Shown piece after piece: positions 35,601-49,503 of a stretch of DNA of 64,000 nucleotides. Under the pieces are notes generated by a model. It worked only from the letters and a program-made list of their open reading frames with translations. It had not been told where the DNA came from and made no database searches. Positions within the stretch are counted from its first letter, which is position 1, and each line of letters starts with the position of its first letter. Position numbers and translations under genes: made by a program. This DNA is from Eledone cirrhosa (lineage: Eukaryota), in contig OZ024756.1 in NCBI GenBank assembly GCA_964016885.1, positions 1,550,001 through 1,614,000 on the forward strand. Direction: 5' to 3'.

Positions 35601-38247
35601 TTCAGTACATCTATGAAGTGGGCAGTGTCAGTGATCTGGTTCTCTATCTTGCTGTCTTCAGTACATCTATGAAGTGTGCAGTGTCAGTGATCTGGTCCTC
35701 TGTCTTGCTGTCTTCAGTACATCTATGAAGTGTGCAGTGTCAGTGATCTGGTCCTCTGTCTTGTTGTCTTGAGTTCATCTATGAAGTGTGCAGTGTCAGT
35801 GATCTGGTCCTCTGTCTTGCTGTCTTCAGTTCATCTATGAAGTGTGTAGTGTCAGTGATCTGGTCCTCTGTCTTGCTGTCTTCAGTACATCTATGAAGTG
35901 TACAGTGTCAGTGATCTGGTCCTCTGTCTTGCTGTCTTCAGTACATCTATGATGTGTGCAGTGTCAGTGATCTGGTCCTCTGTCTTGCTGTCTTCAGTAC
36001 ATCTATGAAGTGTGCAGTGTCAGTGATCTGGTCCTCTGTCTTGCTGTCTTCAGTTCATCTATGAAGTGTGCAGTGTCAGTGATCTGGTCCTCCGTCTTGC
36101 TGTCTTCAGTACATCTATTAAGTGTGCAGTGTCAGTGATCTGGTCCTCTGTCTTGCTGTCTTCAGTTCATCTATGAAGTGTGCAGTGTCAGTGATCTGGT
36201 CCTCTGTCTTGCTGTCTTCAGTACATCTATAAAGTGTGCAGTGTCAGTGATCTGGTCCTCTGTCTTGCTGTCTTCAGTACATCTATGAAGTGTGCAGTGT
36301 CAGTGATCTGGTCCTCTGTCTTGCTGTCTTCAGTTCATCTATGAAGTGTGCAGTGTCAGTGATCTGGTCCTCCGTCTTGCTGTCTTCAGTACATCTATTA
36401 AGTGTGCAGTGTCTGTGATCTGGTCCTCTGTCTTGCTGTCTTCAGTTCATCTATGAAGTGTGCAGTGTCAGTGATCTCGTCCTCTGTCTTGCTGTCTTCA
36501 GTACATCTATGAAGTGTGCAGTGTCAGTGATCTGGTCCTCTGTCTTGCTGTCTTCAGTACATCTATGAAGTGTGCAGTGTCAGTGATCTGGTCCTCTGTC
36601 TTGCTGTCTTCAGTTCATCTATGAAGTGTGCAGTGTCAGTGATCTGGTCCTCCGTCTTGCTGTCTTCAGTACATCTATTAAGTGTGCAGTGTCAGTGATC
36701 TGGTCCTCTGTCTTGCTGTCTTCAGTTCATCTATGAAGTGTGCAATGTCAGTGATCTGGTCCTCTATCTTGCTGTCTTCAGTACATCTATGAAGTGTGCA
36801 GTGTCAGTGATCTGGTCCTCTATCTTGCTGTCTTCAGTACATCTATGTAGTGTGCAGTGTCAGTGATCTGGTCCTCTGTCTTGCCGTCTTCAGTTCATCT
36901 ATGAAGTGTGTAGTGTCAGTGATCTGGTCCTCTGTCTTGCTGTCTTCAGTACATCTATGAAGTGTGCAGTGTCAGTGATCAGGTCCTCTGTCTTGCTGTC
37001 TTCAGTACATCTATGAAGTGTGCAGTGTCAGTGATCTGGTCCTCTGTCTTGCTGTCTTCAGTACATCTATGAAGTGTGCAGTGTCAGTGATCTGGTCCTC
37101 TGTCTTGCTGTCTTCAGTACATCTATGAAGTGTGCAGTGTCAGTGATCTGGTCCTCTGTCTTGCTGTCTTCAGTTCATCTATGAAGTGTGCAGTGTCAGT
37201 GATCTGGTCCTCTGTCTTGCTGTCTTCAGTACATCTATGAAGTGTGCAGTGTCAGTGATCTGGTCCTCTGTCTTGCTGTCTTCAGTACATCTATGAAGTG
37301 TGCAGTGTCAGTGATCTGGTCCTCTGTCTTGTTGTCTTCAGTTCATCTATGAAGTGTGCAGTGTCAGTGATCTGGTCCTCTGTCTTGCTGTCTTCAGTTC
37401 ATCTATGAAGTGTGCAGTGTCAGTGATCTGGTCCTCTGTCTTGTTGTCTTCAGTTCATCTATGAAGTGTGCAGTGTCAGTGATCTGGTCCTCTGTCTTGC
37501 TGTCTTCAGTACATCTATGAAGTGTGCAGTGTCAGTGATCTGGTCCTCTGTCTTGCTGTCTTCAGTACATCTATGAAGTGTGCAGTGTCAGTGATCTGGT
37601 CCTCTGTCTTGCTGTCTTCAGTACATCTATGAAGTGTGCATTGTCAGTGATCTGGTCCTCTGTCTTGTTGTCTTCAGTTCATCTATGAAGTGTGCAGTGT
37701 CAGTGATCTGGTCCTCTGTCTTGCTGTCTTCAGTACATCTATGAAGTGTGCAGTGTCAGTGATCTGGTCCTCTGTCTTGCTGTCTTCAGTTCATCTATGA
37801 AGTGTGCAGTGTCAGTGATCTGGTCCTCTGTCTTGCTGTCTTCAGTACATCTATGAAGTGTGCAGTGTCAGTGATCTGGTCCTCTGTGTTGCTGTCTTCA
37901 GTACATCTATGAAGTGTGCAGTGTCAGTGATCTGGTCCTCTGTCTTGCTGTCTTCAGTTCATCTATGAAGTGTGCAGTGTCAGTGATCTGGTCCCCTGTC
38001 TTGCTGTCTTCAGTTCATCTATGAAGTGTGCAGTGTCAGTGATCTGGTCCTCTGTCTTGCTGTCTTCAGTTCATCTATGAAGTGTGCAGTGTCAGTGATC
38101 TGGTCCTCTGTCTTGCTGTCTTCAGTACATCTATGAAGTTTGCAGTGTCAGTGATCTGGTCATCTGTCTTGCTGTCTTCAGTACATCTATGAAGTGTGCA
38201 GTGTCAGTGATCTGGTCCTCTGTCTTGCTGTCTTCAGTTCATCTATG
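17416..38247. repeat. Large tandem duplication, 2 x 186 monomers (10,416 bp): 17416-27831 and 27832-38247
   Basis: Markers pair at offset 10416: gtcGtca 18521/28937, caCttca 24013/34429, gtGAAcGg 25113/35529, ggtcAtc 27746/38162. Confidence 0.95.
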
Positions 38248-41200
38248 AAGTGTGCAGTGTCAGTGATCTGGTCCTCTGTCTTGCTGTCTTCAGTACATCT
38301 ATGAAGTGTGCAGTGTCAGTGATCTGGTCCTCTGTCTTGCTGTCTTCAGTACATCTATGAAGTGTGCAGTGTCAGTGATCTGGTCCTCTGTCTTGTTGTC
38401 TTCAGTTCATCTATGAAGTGTGCAGTGTCAGTGATCTGGTCCTCTGTCTTGCTGTCTTCAGTACATTTATGAAGTGTGTAGTGTCAGTGATCTGGTCCTC
38501 TATCTTGCTCTCTTCAGTTCATCTATGAAGTGTGCAGTGTCAGTGATCTGGTCCTCCGTCTTGCTGTCTTCAGTTCATCTATGAAGTGTGCAGTGTCAGT
38601 GATCTGGTCCTCTGTCTTGCTGTCTTCAGTACATCTATGAAGTGTGCAGTGTCAGTGATCTGGTCCTCTGTCTTGCTGTCTTCAGTACATCTATGAAGTG
38701 TGCAGTGTCAATGATCTGGTCCTCTGTCTTGCTGACTTCAGTTCATCTATGAAGTGTGCAGTGTCAGTGATCTGGTCCTCCGTCTTGCTGTCTTCAGTTC
38801 ATCTATGAAGTGTGCAGTGTCAGTGATCTGGTCCTCCGTCTTGCTGTCTTCAGTACATCTATGAAGTGTGCAGTGTCAGTGATCTGGACCTCTATCTTGC
38901 CGTCTTCAGTTCATCTATGAAGTGTGTAGTGTCAGTGATCTGTTCCTCTGTCTTGCTGTCTTCAGTACATCTATGAAGTGTGCAGTGTCAGTGATCAGGT
39001 CCTCTGTCTTGCTGTCTTCAGTTCATCTATGAAGTGTGCAGTGTCAGTGATCAGGTCCTCTGTCTTGCTGTCTTCAGTACATCTATGAAGTGTGCAGTGT
39101 CAGTGATCTAGTCCTCTGTCTTCCTGTCTTCAGTTCATCTATGAAGTGTGCAGTGTCAGTGATCTTGTCCGCTGTCTTGCCGTCTTCAGTACATCTATGA
39201 AGTGTGCAATGTCAGTGATCTCGTCCTCTGTCTTGCTGTCATCAGTACATCAATGAAGTGTGCAGTGTCAGTGATCTCGTCCTCTGTCTTGCTGTCTTCA
39301 GTACATCTATGAAGTGTGCAGTGTCAGTGATCTCGTCCTCTGTCTTGCTGTCTTCAGTACATCTATGAGGTGTGCAGTGTCAGTGATCTGGTCCTCTGTC
39401 TTGCTGTCTTCAGTACATCTATGAAGTGTGCAGTGTCAGTGATCTGGTCCTCTGTCTTGCTGTCTTCAGTTCATCTATGAAGTGTGTAGTGTCAGTGATC
39501 TGGTCCTCTGTCTTGCTGTCTTCAGTTCATCTATGAAGTGTGTAGTGTCAGTGATCTGGTCCTCTGTCTTGCTGTCTTCAGTACATCTATGAAGTGTGCA
39601 GTGTCAGTGATCTGGTCCTCTGTCTTGCTGTCTTCAGTACATCTATGAAGTGTGCAGTGTCAGTGATCTGGTCCTCTGTCTTGCTGTCTTCAGTACATCT
39701 ATGAAGTGTGCAGTGTCAGTGATCTGGTCCTCTGTCTTGCTGTCTTCAGTACATCTATGAAGTGTGCAGTGTCAGTGATCTCGTCCTCTGTCTTGCTGTC
39801 TTCAGTACATCTATGAGGTGTGCAGTGTCAGTGATCTGGTCCTCTGTCTTGCTGTCTTCAGTACATCTATGAAGTGTGCAGTGTCAGTGATCTGGTCCTC
39901 TATCTTGCTGTCTTCAGTACATCTATGAAGTGTGCAGTGTCAGTGATCTGGTCCTCTGTCTTGCTGTCTTCAGTACATCTATGAAGTGTGCAGTGTCAGT
40001 GATCTGGTCCTCTGTCTTGTTGTCTTCAGTTCATCTATGAAGTGTGCAGTGTCAGTGGTCTGGTCCTCTGTCTTGCTGTCTTCAGTTCATCTATGAAGTG
40101 TGTAGTGTCAGTGATCTGGTCCTCTGTCTTGCTGTCTTCAGTACATCTATGAAGTGTGCAGTGTCAGTGATCTGGTCCTCTGTCTTGCTGTCTTCAGTAC
40201 ATCTATGAAGTGTGCAGTGTCAGTGATCTGGTCCTCTGTCTTGCTGTCTTCAGTACATCTATGAAGTGTGCAGTGTCAGTGATCTGGTCCTCTGTCTTGC
40301 TGTCTTCAGTACATCTATGAAGTGTGCAGTGTCAGTGATCTGGTCCTCTGTCTTGCTGTCTTCAGTTCATCTATGAAGTGTGCAGTGTCAGTGATCTGGT
40401 CCTCTGTCTTGCTGTCTTCAGTTCATCTATGAAGTGTGCAGTGTCAGTGATCTGGTCCTCTGTCTTGCTGTCTTCAGTACATCTATGAAGTGTGCAGTGT
40501 CAGTGATCTGGTCCTCTGTCTTGCTGTCTTCAGTACATCTATGAAGTGTGCAGTGTCAGTGATCTGGTCCTCTGTCTTGTTGTCTTCAGTTCATCTATGA
40601 AGTGTGCAGTGTCAGTGATCTGGTCCTCTGTCTTGCTGTCTTCAGTACATTTATGAAGTGTGTAGTGTCAGTGATCTGGTCCTCTATCTTGCTGTCTTCA
40701 GTTCATCTATGAATTGTGCAGTGTCAGTGATCTGGTCCTCCGTCTTGCTGTCTTCAGTTCATCTATGAAGTGTGCAGTGTCAGTGATCTGGTCCTCTGTC
40801 TTGCTGTCTTCAGTACATCTATGAAGTGTGCAGTGTCAATAATCTGGTCCTCTGTCTTGCTGACTTCAGTTCATCTATGAAGTGTGCAGTGTCAGTGATC
40901 TGGTCCTCCGTCTTGCTGTCTTCAGTTCATCTATGAAGTGTGCAGTGTCAGTGATCTGGTCCTCCGTCTTGCTGTCTTCAGTACATCTATGAAGTGTGCA
41001 GTGTCAGTGATCTGGTCCTCTATCTTGCCGTCTTCAGTTCATCTATGAAGTGTGTAGTATCAGTGATCTGTTCCTCTGTCTTGCTGTCTTCAGTACATCT
41101 ATGAAGTGTGCAGTGTCAGTGATCAGGTCCTCTGTCTTGCTGTCTTCAGTTCATCTATGAAGTGTGCAGTGTCAGTGATCAGGTCCTCTGTCTTGCTGTC

Positions 41201-42559
41201 TTCAGTACATCTATGAAGTGTGCAGTGTCAGTGATCTAGTCCTCTGTCTTCCTGTCTTCAGTTCATCTATGAAGTGTGCAGTGTCAGTGATCTTGTCCGC
41301 TGTCTTGCCGTCTTCAGTACATCTATGAAGTGTGCAATGTCAGTGATCTCGTCCTCTGTCTTGCTGTCATCAGTACATCAATGAAGTGTGCAGTGTCAGT
41401 GATCTCGTCCTCTGTCTTGCTGTCTTCAGTACATCTATGAAGTGTGCAGTGTCAGTGATCTCGTCCTCTGTCTTGCTGTCTTCAGTACATCTATGAGGTG
41501 TGCAGTGTCAGTGATCTGGTCCTCTGTCTTGCTGTCTTCAGTACATCTATGAAGTGTGCAGTGTCAGTGATCTGGTCCTCTATCTTGCTGTCTTCAGTAC
41601 ATCTATGAAGTGTGCAGTGTCAGTGATCTGGTCCTCTGTCTTGCTGTCTTCAGTACATCTATGAAGTGTGCAGTGTCAGTGATCTGGTCCTCTGTCTTGT
41701 TGTCTTCAGTTCATCTATGAAGTGTGCAGTGTCAGTGATCTTGTCCTCTGTCTTGCTGTCTTCAGTTCATCTATGAAGTGTGTAGTGTCAGTGATCTGGT
41801 CCTCTGTCTTGCTGTCTTCAGTACATCTATGAAGTGTGCAGTGTCAGTGATCAGGTCCTCTGTCTTGCTGTCTTCAGTACATCTATGAAGTGTGCAGTGT
41901 CAGTGATCTTGTCCTCTGTCTTGCTGTCTTCAGTACATTTTTGAAGTGTGCAGTGTCAGTGATCTGGTCCTCTGTCTTGCTGTCTTCAGTACATCTATGA
42001 AGTGTGCAGTGTCAGTGATCTGGTCCTCTGTCTTGCTGTCTTCAGTACATCTATGAAGTGTGCAGTGTCAGTGATCTGGTCCTCTGTCTTGCTGTCTTCA
42101 GTACATCTATGAAGTGTGCAGTGTCAGTGATCTGGTCCTCTGTCTTGCTGTCTTCAGTTCATCTATGAAGTGTGCAGTGTCAGTGATCTGGTCCTCTGTC
42201 TTGCTGTCTTCAGTACATCTATGAAGTGTGCAGTGTCAGTGATCTGGTCCTCTGTCTTGCTGTCTTCAGTACATCTATGAAGTGTGCAGTGTCAGTGATC
42301 TGGTCCTCTGTCTTGTTGTCTTCAGTTCATCTATGAAGTGTGCAGTGTCAGTGATCTGGTCCTCTGTCTTGCTGTTTTCAGTTCATCTATGAAGTGTGCA
42401 GTGTCAGTGATCTGGTCCTCTGTCTTGTTGTCTTCAGTTCATCTATGAAGTGTGCAGTGTCAGTGACCTGGTCCTCTGTCTTGCTGTCTTCAGTACATCT
42501 ATGAAGTGTGCAGTGTCAGTGATCTGGTCCTCTGTCTTGTTGTCTTCAGTTCATCTATG

Positions 42560-45500
42560 AAGTGTGCAGTGTCAGTGATCTGGTCCTCTGTCTTGCTGTC
42601 TTCAGTACATCTATGAAGTGTGCAGTGTCAGTGATCTGGTCCTCTGTCTTGCTGTCTTCAGTACATCTATGAAGTGTGCAGTGTCAGTGATCTGGTCCTC
42701 TGTCTTGCTGTCTTCAGTACATCTATGAAGTGTGCAGTGTCAGTGATCTGGTCCTCTGTCTTGCTGTCTTCAGTTCATCTATGAAGTGTGCAGTGTCAGT
42801 GATCTGGTCCTCTGTCTTGCTGTCTTCAGTTCATCTATGAAGTGTGCAGTGTCAGTGATCTGGTCCTCTGTCTTGCTGTCTTCAGTTCATCTATGAAGTG
42901 TGCAGTGTCAGTGATCTGGTCCTCTGTCTTGCTGCCTTCAGTTCATCTATGAAGTGTGCAGTGTCAGTGATCTGGTCCTCTGTCTTCCTGTCTTCAGTTC
43001 ATCTATGAAGTGTGCAGTGTCAGTGATCTGGTCCTCTGTCTTGCTGTCTTCAGTTCATCTATGAAGTGTGCAGTGTCAGTGATCTGGTCCTCTGTCTTGC
43101 TGTCTTCAGTACATCTATGAAGTGTGCAGTGTCAGTGATCTGGTCCTCTGTGTTGCTGTCTTCAGTACATCTATGAAGTGTGCAGTGTCAGTGATCTGGT
43201 CCTCTGTCTTGCTGTCTTCAGTTCATCTATGAAGTGTGCAGTGTCAGTGATCTGGTCCCCTGTCTTGCTGTCTTCAGTTCATCTATGAAGTGTGCAATGT
43301 CAGTGATCTGGTCCTCTGTCTTGCTGTCTTCAGTTCATCTATGAAGTGTGCAGTGTCAGTGATCTGGTCCTCTGTCTTGCTGTCTTCAGTTCATCTATGA
43401 AGTGTGCAGTGTCAGTGATCTGGTCCTCTGTCTTGCTGTCTTCAGTACATCTATGAAGTGTGCAGTGTCAGTGATCTGGTCCTCTGTCTTGCTGTCTTCA
43501 GTACATCTATGAAGTGTGCAGTGTCAGTGATCTGGTCCTCTGTCTTGCTGTCTTCAGTTCATCTATGAAATGTGCAGTGTCAGTGATCTGGTCCTCTGTC
43601 TTGCTGTCTTCAGTATATCTATGAAGTGTGCAGTGCCAGTGATCTAGTCCTCTGTCTTGCTGTCTTCAGTTCATCTATGAAGTGTGCAGTGTCAGTGATC
43701 TTGTCCGCTGTCTTGCCGTCTTCAGTACATCTATGAAGTGTGCAGTGTCAGTGATCTCCTCCTCTGTCTTGCTGTCTTCAGTACATCAATGAAGTGTGCA
43801 GTGTCAGTGATCTCGTCCTCTGTCTTGCTGTCTTCAGTACATCTATGAAGTGTGCAGTGTCAGTGATCTCGTCCTCTGTCTTGCTGTCTTCGGTACATCT
43901 ATGAAGTGTGCAGTGTCAGTGATCTGGTCCTCTATCTTGCTGTCTTCAGTACATCTATGAAGTGTGCAGTGTCAGTGATCTGGTCCTCTGTCTTGCTGTC
44001 TTCAGTACATCTATGAAGTGTGCAGTGTCAGTGATCTGGTCCTCTGTCTTGTTGTCTTCAGTTCATCTATGAAGTGTGCAGTGTCAGTGATCTGGTCCTC
44101 TGTCTTGCTGTCTTCAGTTCATCTATGAAGTGTGTAGTGTCAGTGATCTGGTCCTCTGTCTTGCTGTCTTCAGTACATCTATGAAGTGTGCAGTGTCAGT
44201 GATCAGGTCCTCTGTCTTGCTGTCTTCAGTACATCTATGAAATGTGCAGTGTCAGTGATCTGGTCCTCTGTCTTGCTGTCTTCAGTACATCTATGAAGTG
44301 TGCAGTGTCAGTGATCTGGTCCTCTGTCTTGCTGTCTTCAGTACATCTATGATGTCTGCAGTGTCAGTGATCTGGTCCTCTGTCTTGCTGTCTTCAGTTC
44401 ATCTATGAAGTGTGCAGTGTCAGTGATCTGGTCCTCTGTCTTGCTGTCTTCAGTACATCTATGAAGTGTGCAGTGTCAGTGATCTGGTCCTCTGTCTTGC
44501 TGTCTTCAGTACATCTATGAAGTGTGCAGTGTCAGTGATCTGGTCCTCTGTCTTGTTGTCTTCAGTTCATCTATGAAGTGTGCAGTGTCAGTGATCTGGT
44601 CCTCTGTCTTGCTGTCTTCAGTTCATCTATGAAGTGTGCAGTGTCAGTGATCTGGTCCTCTGTCTTGTTGTCTTCAGTTCATCTATGAAGTGTGCAGTGT
44701 CAGTGATCTGGTCCTCTGTCTTGCTGTCTTCAGTACATCTATGAAGTGTGCAGTGTCAGTGATCTGGTCCTCTGTCTTGCTGTCTTCAGTACATCTATGA
44801 AGTGTGCAGTGTCAGTGATCTGGTCCTCTGTCTTGCTGTCTTCAGTACATCTATGAAGTGTGCAGTGTCAGTGATCTGGTCCTCTGTCTTGCTGTCTTCA
44901 GTACATCTATGAAGTGTGCAGTGTCAGTGATCTGGTCCTCTGTCTTGCTGTCTTCAGTACATCTATGAAGTGTGCAGTGTCAGTGATCTGGTCCTCTGTC
45001 TTGCTGTCTTCAGTTCATCTATGAAGTGTGCAGTGTCAGTGATCTGGTCCTCTGTCTTGCTGTCTTCAGTTCATCTATGAAGTGTGCAGTGTCAGTGATC
45101 TGGTCCTCTGTCTTGCTGTCTTCAGTTCATCTATGAAGTGTGCAGTGTCAGTGATCTGGTCCTCTGTCTTGCTGCCTTCAGTTCATCTATGAAGTGTGCA
45201 GTGTCAGTGATCTGGTCCTCTGTCTTCCTGTCTTCAGTTCATCTATGAAGTGTGCAGTGTCAGTGATCTGGTCCTCTGTCTTGCTGTCTTCAGTTCATCT
45301 ATGAAGTGTGCAGTGTCAGTGATCTGGTCCTCTGTCTTGCTGTCTTCAGTACATCTATGAAGTGTGCAGTGTCAGTGATCTGGTCCTCTGTGTTGCTGTC
45401 TTCAGTACATCTATGAAGTGTGCAGTGTCAGTGATCTGGTCCTCTGTCTTGCTGTCTTCAGTTCATCTATGAAGTGTGCAGTGTCAGTGATCTGGTCCCC

Positions 45501-47095
45501 TGTCTTGCTGTCTTCAGTTCATCTATGAAGTGTGCAATGTCAGTGATCTGGTCCTCTGTCTTGCTGTCTTCAGTTCATCTATGAAGTGTGCAGTGTCAGT
45601 GATCTGGTCCTCTGTCTTGCTGTCTTCAGTTCATCTATGAAGTGTGCAGTGTCAGTGATCTGGTCCTCTGTCTTGCTGTCTTCAGTACATCTATGAAGTG
45701 TGCAGTGTCAGTGATCTGGTCCTCTGTCTTGCTGTCTTCAGTACATCTATGAAGTGTGCAGTGTCAGTGATCTGGTCCTCTGTCTTGCTGTCTTCAGTTC
45801 ATCTATGAAATGTGCAGTGTCAGTGATCTGGTCCTCTGTCTTGCTGTCTTCAGTATATCTATGAAGTGTGCAGTGCCAGTGATCTAGTCCTCTGTCTTGC
45901 TGTCTTCAGTTCATCTATGAAGTGTGCAGTGTCAGTGATCTTGTCCGCTGTCTTGCCGTCTTCAGTACATCTATGAAGTGTGCAGTGTCAGTGATCTCCT
46001 CCTCTGTCTTGCTGTCTTCAGTACATCAATGAAGTGTGCAGTGTCAGTGATCTCGTCCTCTGTCTTGCTGTCTTCAGTACATCTATGAAGTGTGCAGTGT
46101 CAGTGATCTCGTCCTCTGTCTTGCTGTCTTCGGTACATCTATGAAGTGTGCAGTGTCAGTGATCTGGTCCTCTATCTTGCTGTCTTCAGTACATCTATGA
46201 AGTGTGCAGTGTCAGTGATCTGGTCCTCTGTCTTGCTGTCTTCAGTACATCTATGAAGTGTGCAGTGTCAGTGATCTGGTCCTCTGTCTTGTTGTCTTCA
46301 GTTCATCTATGAAGTGTGCAGTGTCAGTGATCTGGTCCTCTGTCTTGCTGTCTTCAGTTCATCTATGAAGTGTGTAGTGTCAGTGATCTGGTCCTCTGTC
46401 TTGCTGTCTTCAGTACATCTATGAAGTGTGCAGTGTCAGTGATCAGGTCCTCTGTCTGGCTGTCTTCAGTACATCTATGAAATGTGCAGTGTCAGTGATC
46501 TGGTCCTCTGTCTTGCTGTCTTCAGTACATCTATGAAGTGTGCAGTGTCAGTGATCTGGTCCTCTGTCTTGCTGTCTTCAGTACATCTATGATGTCTGCA
46601 GTGTCAGTGATCTGTTCCTCTGTCTTGCTGTCTTCAGTTCATCTATGAAGTGTGCAGTGTCAGTGATCTGGTCCTCTGTCTTGCTGTCTTCAGTACATCT
46701 ATGAAGTGTGCAGTGTCAGTGATCTGGTCCTCTGTCTTGCTGTCTTCAGTACATCTATGAAGTGTGCAGTGTCAGTGATCTGGTCCTCTGTCTTGTTGTC
46801 TTCAGTTCATCTATGAAGTGTGCAGTGTCAGTGATCTGGTCCTCTGTCTTGCTGTCTTCAGTTCATCTATGAAGTGTGCAGTGTCAGTGATCTGGTCCTC
46901 TGTCTTGTTGTCTTCAGTTCATCTATGAAGTGTGCAGTGTCAGTGATCTGGTCCTCTGTCTTGCTGTCTTCAGTACATCTATGAAGTGTGCAGTGTCAGT
47001 GATCTGGTCCTCTGTCTTGCTGTCTTCAGTACATCTATGAAGTGTGCAGTGTCAGTGATCTGGTCCTCTGTCTTGCTGTCTTCAGTACATCTATG
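42560..47095. repeat. Tandem duplication, 2 x 40 monomers (2,240 bp), re-copied at about 57904-62439
   Basis: Markers pair at offset 2240: gctgCct 42935/45175, gtccGctg 43707/45947, gaTgtCtg 44351/46591. Confidence 0.9.
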
Positions 47096-49503
47096 AAGTG
47101 TGCATTGTCAGTGATCTGGTCCTCTGTCTTGTTGTCTTCAGTTCATCTATGAAGTGTGCAGTGTCAGTGATCTGGTCCTCTGTCTTGCTGTCTTCAGTAC
47201 ATCTATGAAGTGTGCAGTGTCAGTGATCTGGTCCTCTGTCTTGCTGTCTTCAGTTCATCTATGAAGTGTGCAGTGTCAGTGATCTGGTCCTCTGACTTGC
47301 TGTCTTCAGTTCATCTATGAAGTGTGCAGTGTCAGTGATCTGGTCCTCTGTCTTGCTGTCTTCAGTTCATCTATGAAGTGTGCAGTGTCAGTGATCTGGT
47401 CCTCTATCTTGCTGTCTTCAGTTCATCTATGAAGTGTGCAGTGTCAGTGATCTGGTCCTCTGTCTTGCTGTCTTCAGTTCATCTATGAAGTGTGCAGTGT
47501 CAATGATCTGGTCCTCTGTCTTGCTGTCTTCAGTTCATCTATGAAGTGTGCAGTGTCAGTGATCTCGTCCTCTGTCTTGCTGTCTTCAGTACATCTATGA
47601 AGTGTGCAGTGTCAGTGATCTGGTCCTCTGTCTTGCTGTCTTCAGTTCATCTATGAAATGTGCAGTGTCAGTGATCTGGTCCTCTGTCTTGCTGTCTTCA
47701 GTATATCTATGAAGTGTGCAGTGCCAGTGATCTAGTCCTCTGTCTTGCTGTCTTCAGTTCATCTATGAAGTGTGCAGTGTCAGTGATCTTGTCCGCTGTC
47801 TTGCCGTCTTCAGTACATCTATGAAGTGTGCAGTGTCAGTGATCTCCTCCTCTGTCTTGCTGTCTTCAGTACATCAATGAAGTGTGCAGTGTCAGTGATC
47901 TCGTCCTCTGTCTTGCTGTCTTCAGTACATCTATGAAGTGTGCAGTGTCAGTGATCTCGTCCTCTGTCTTGCTGTCTTCGGTACATCTATGAAGTGTGCA
48001 GTGTCAGTGATCTGGTCCTCTATCTTGCTGTCTTCAGTACATCTATGAAGTGTGCAGTGTCAGTGATCTGGTCCTCTGTCTTGCTGTCTTCAGTACATCT
48101 ATGAAGTGTGCAGTGTCAGTGATCTGGTCCTCTGTCTTGTTGTCTTCAGTTCATCTATGAAGTGTGCAGTGTCAGTGATCTGGTCCTCTGTCTTGCTGTC
48201 TTCAGTTCATCTATGAAGTGTGTAGTGTCAGTGATCTGGTCCTCTGTCTTGCTGTCTTCAGTACATCTATGAAGTGTGCAGTGTCAGTGATCAGGTCCTC
48301 TGTCTTGCTGTCTTCAGTACATCTATGAAATGTGCAGTGTCAGTGATCTGGTCCTCTGTCTTGCTGTCTTCAGTACATCTATGAAGTGTGCAGTGTCAGT
48401 GATCTGGTCCTCTGTCTTGCTGTCTTCAGTACATCTATGATGTCTGCAGTGTCAGTGATCTGGTCCTCTGTCTTGCTGTCTTCAGTTCATCTATGAAGTG
48501 TGCAGTGTCAGTGATCTGGTCCTCTGTCTTGCTGTCTTCAGTACATCTATGAAGTGTGCAGTGTCAGTGATCTGGTCCTCTGTCTTGCTGTCTTCAGTAC
48601 ATCTATGAAGTGTGCAGTGTCAGTGATCTGGTCCTCTGTCTTGTTGTCTTCAGTTCATCTATGAAGTGTGCAGTGTCAGTGATCTGGTCCTCTGTCTTGC
48701 TGTCTTCAGTTCATCTATGAAGTGTGCAGTGTCAGTGATCTGGTCCTCTGTCTTGTTGTCTTCAGTTCATCTATGAAGTGTGCAGTGTCAGTGATCTGGT
48801 CCTCTGTCTTGCTGTCTTCAGTACATCTATGAAGTGTGCAGTGTCAGTGATCTGGTCCTCTGTCTTGCTGTCTTCAGTACATCTATGAAGTGTGCAGTGT
48901 CAGTGATCTGGTCCTCTGTCTTGCTGTCTTCAGTACATCTATGAAGTGTGCATTGTCAGTGATCTGGTCCTCTGTCTTGTTGTCTTCAGTTCATCTATGA
49001 AGTGTGCAGTGTCAGTGATCTGGTCCTCTGTCTTGCTGTCTTCAGTACATCTATGAAGTGTGCAGTGTCAGTGATCTGGTCCTCTGTCTTGCTGTCTTCA
49101 GTTCATCTATGAAGTGTGTAGTGTCAGTGATCTGGTCCTCTGTCTTGCTGTCTTCAGTTCATCTATGAAGTGTGCAGTGTCAGTGATCTGGTCCTCTGTC
49201 TTGCTGTCTTCAGTTCATCTATGAAGTGTGCAGTGTCAGTGATCTGGTCCTCTGTCTTGCTGTCTTCAGTTCATCTATGAAGTGTGCAGTGTCAGTGATC
49301 TGGTCCTCTATCTTGCTGTCTTCAGTTCATCTATGAAGTGTGCAGTGTCAGTGATCTGGTCCTCTGTCTTGCTGTCTTCAGTTCATCTATGAAGTGTGCA
49401 GTGTCAATGATCTGGTCCTCTGTCTTGCTGTCTTCAGTTCATCTATGAAGTGTGCAGTGTCAGTGATCTCGTCCTCTGTCTTGCTGTCTTCAGTACATCT
49501 ATG
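45752..49503. repeat. Overlapping tandem duplication of 33/34 monomers (1,848/1,904 bp)
   Basis: Offset 1848: gaTgtCtg 46591/48439 and gcaTtg 47105/48953. Offset 1904 further on: ctctAtc 47406/49310 and ctCgt 47566/49470. Confidence 0.85.
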
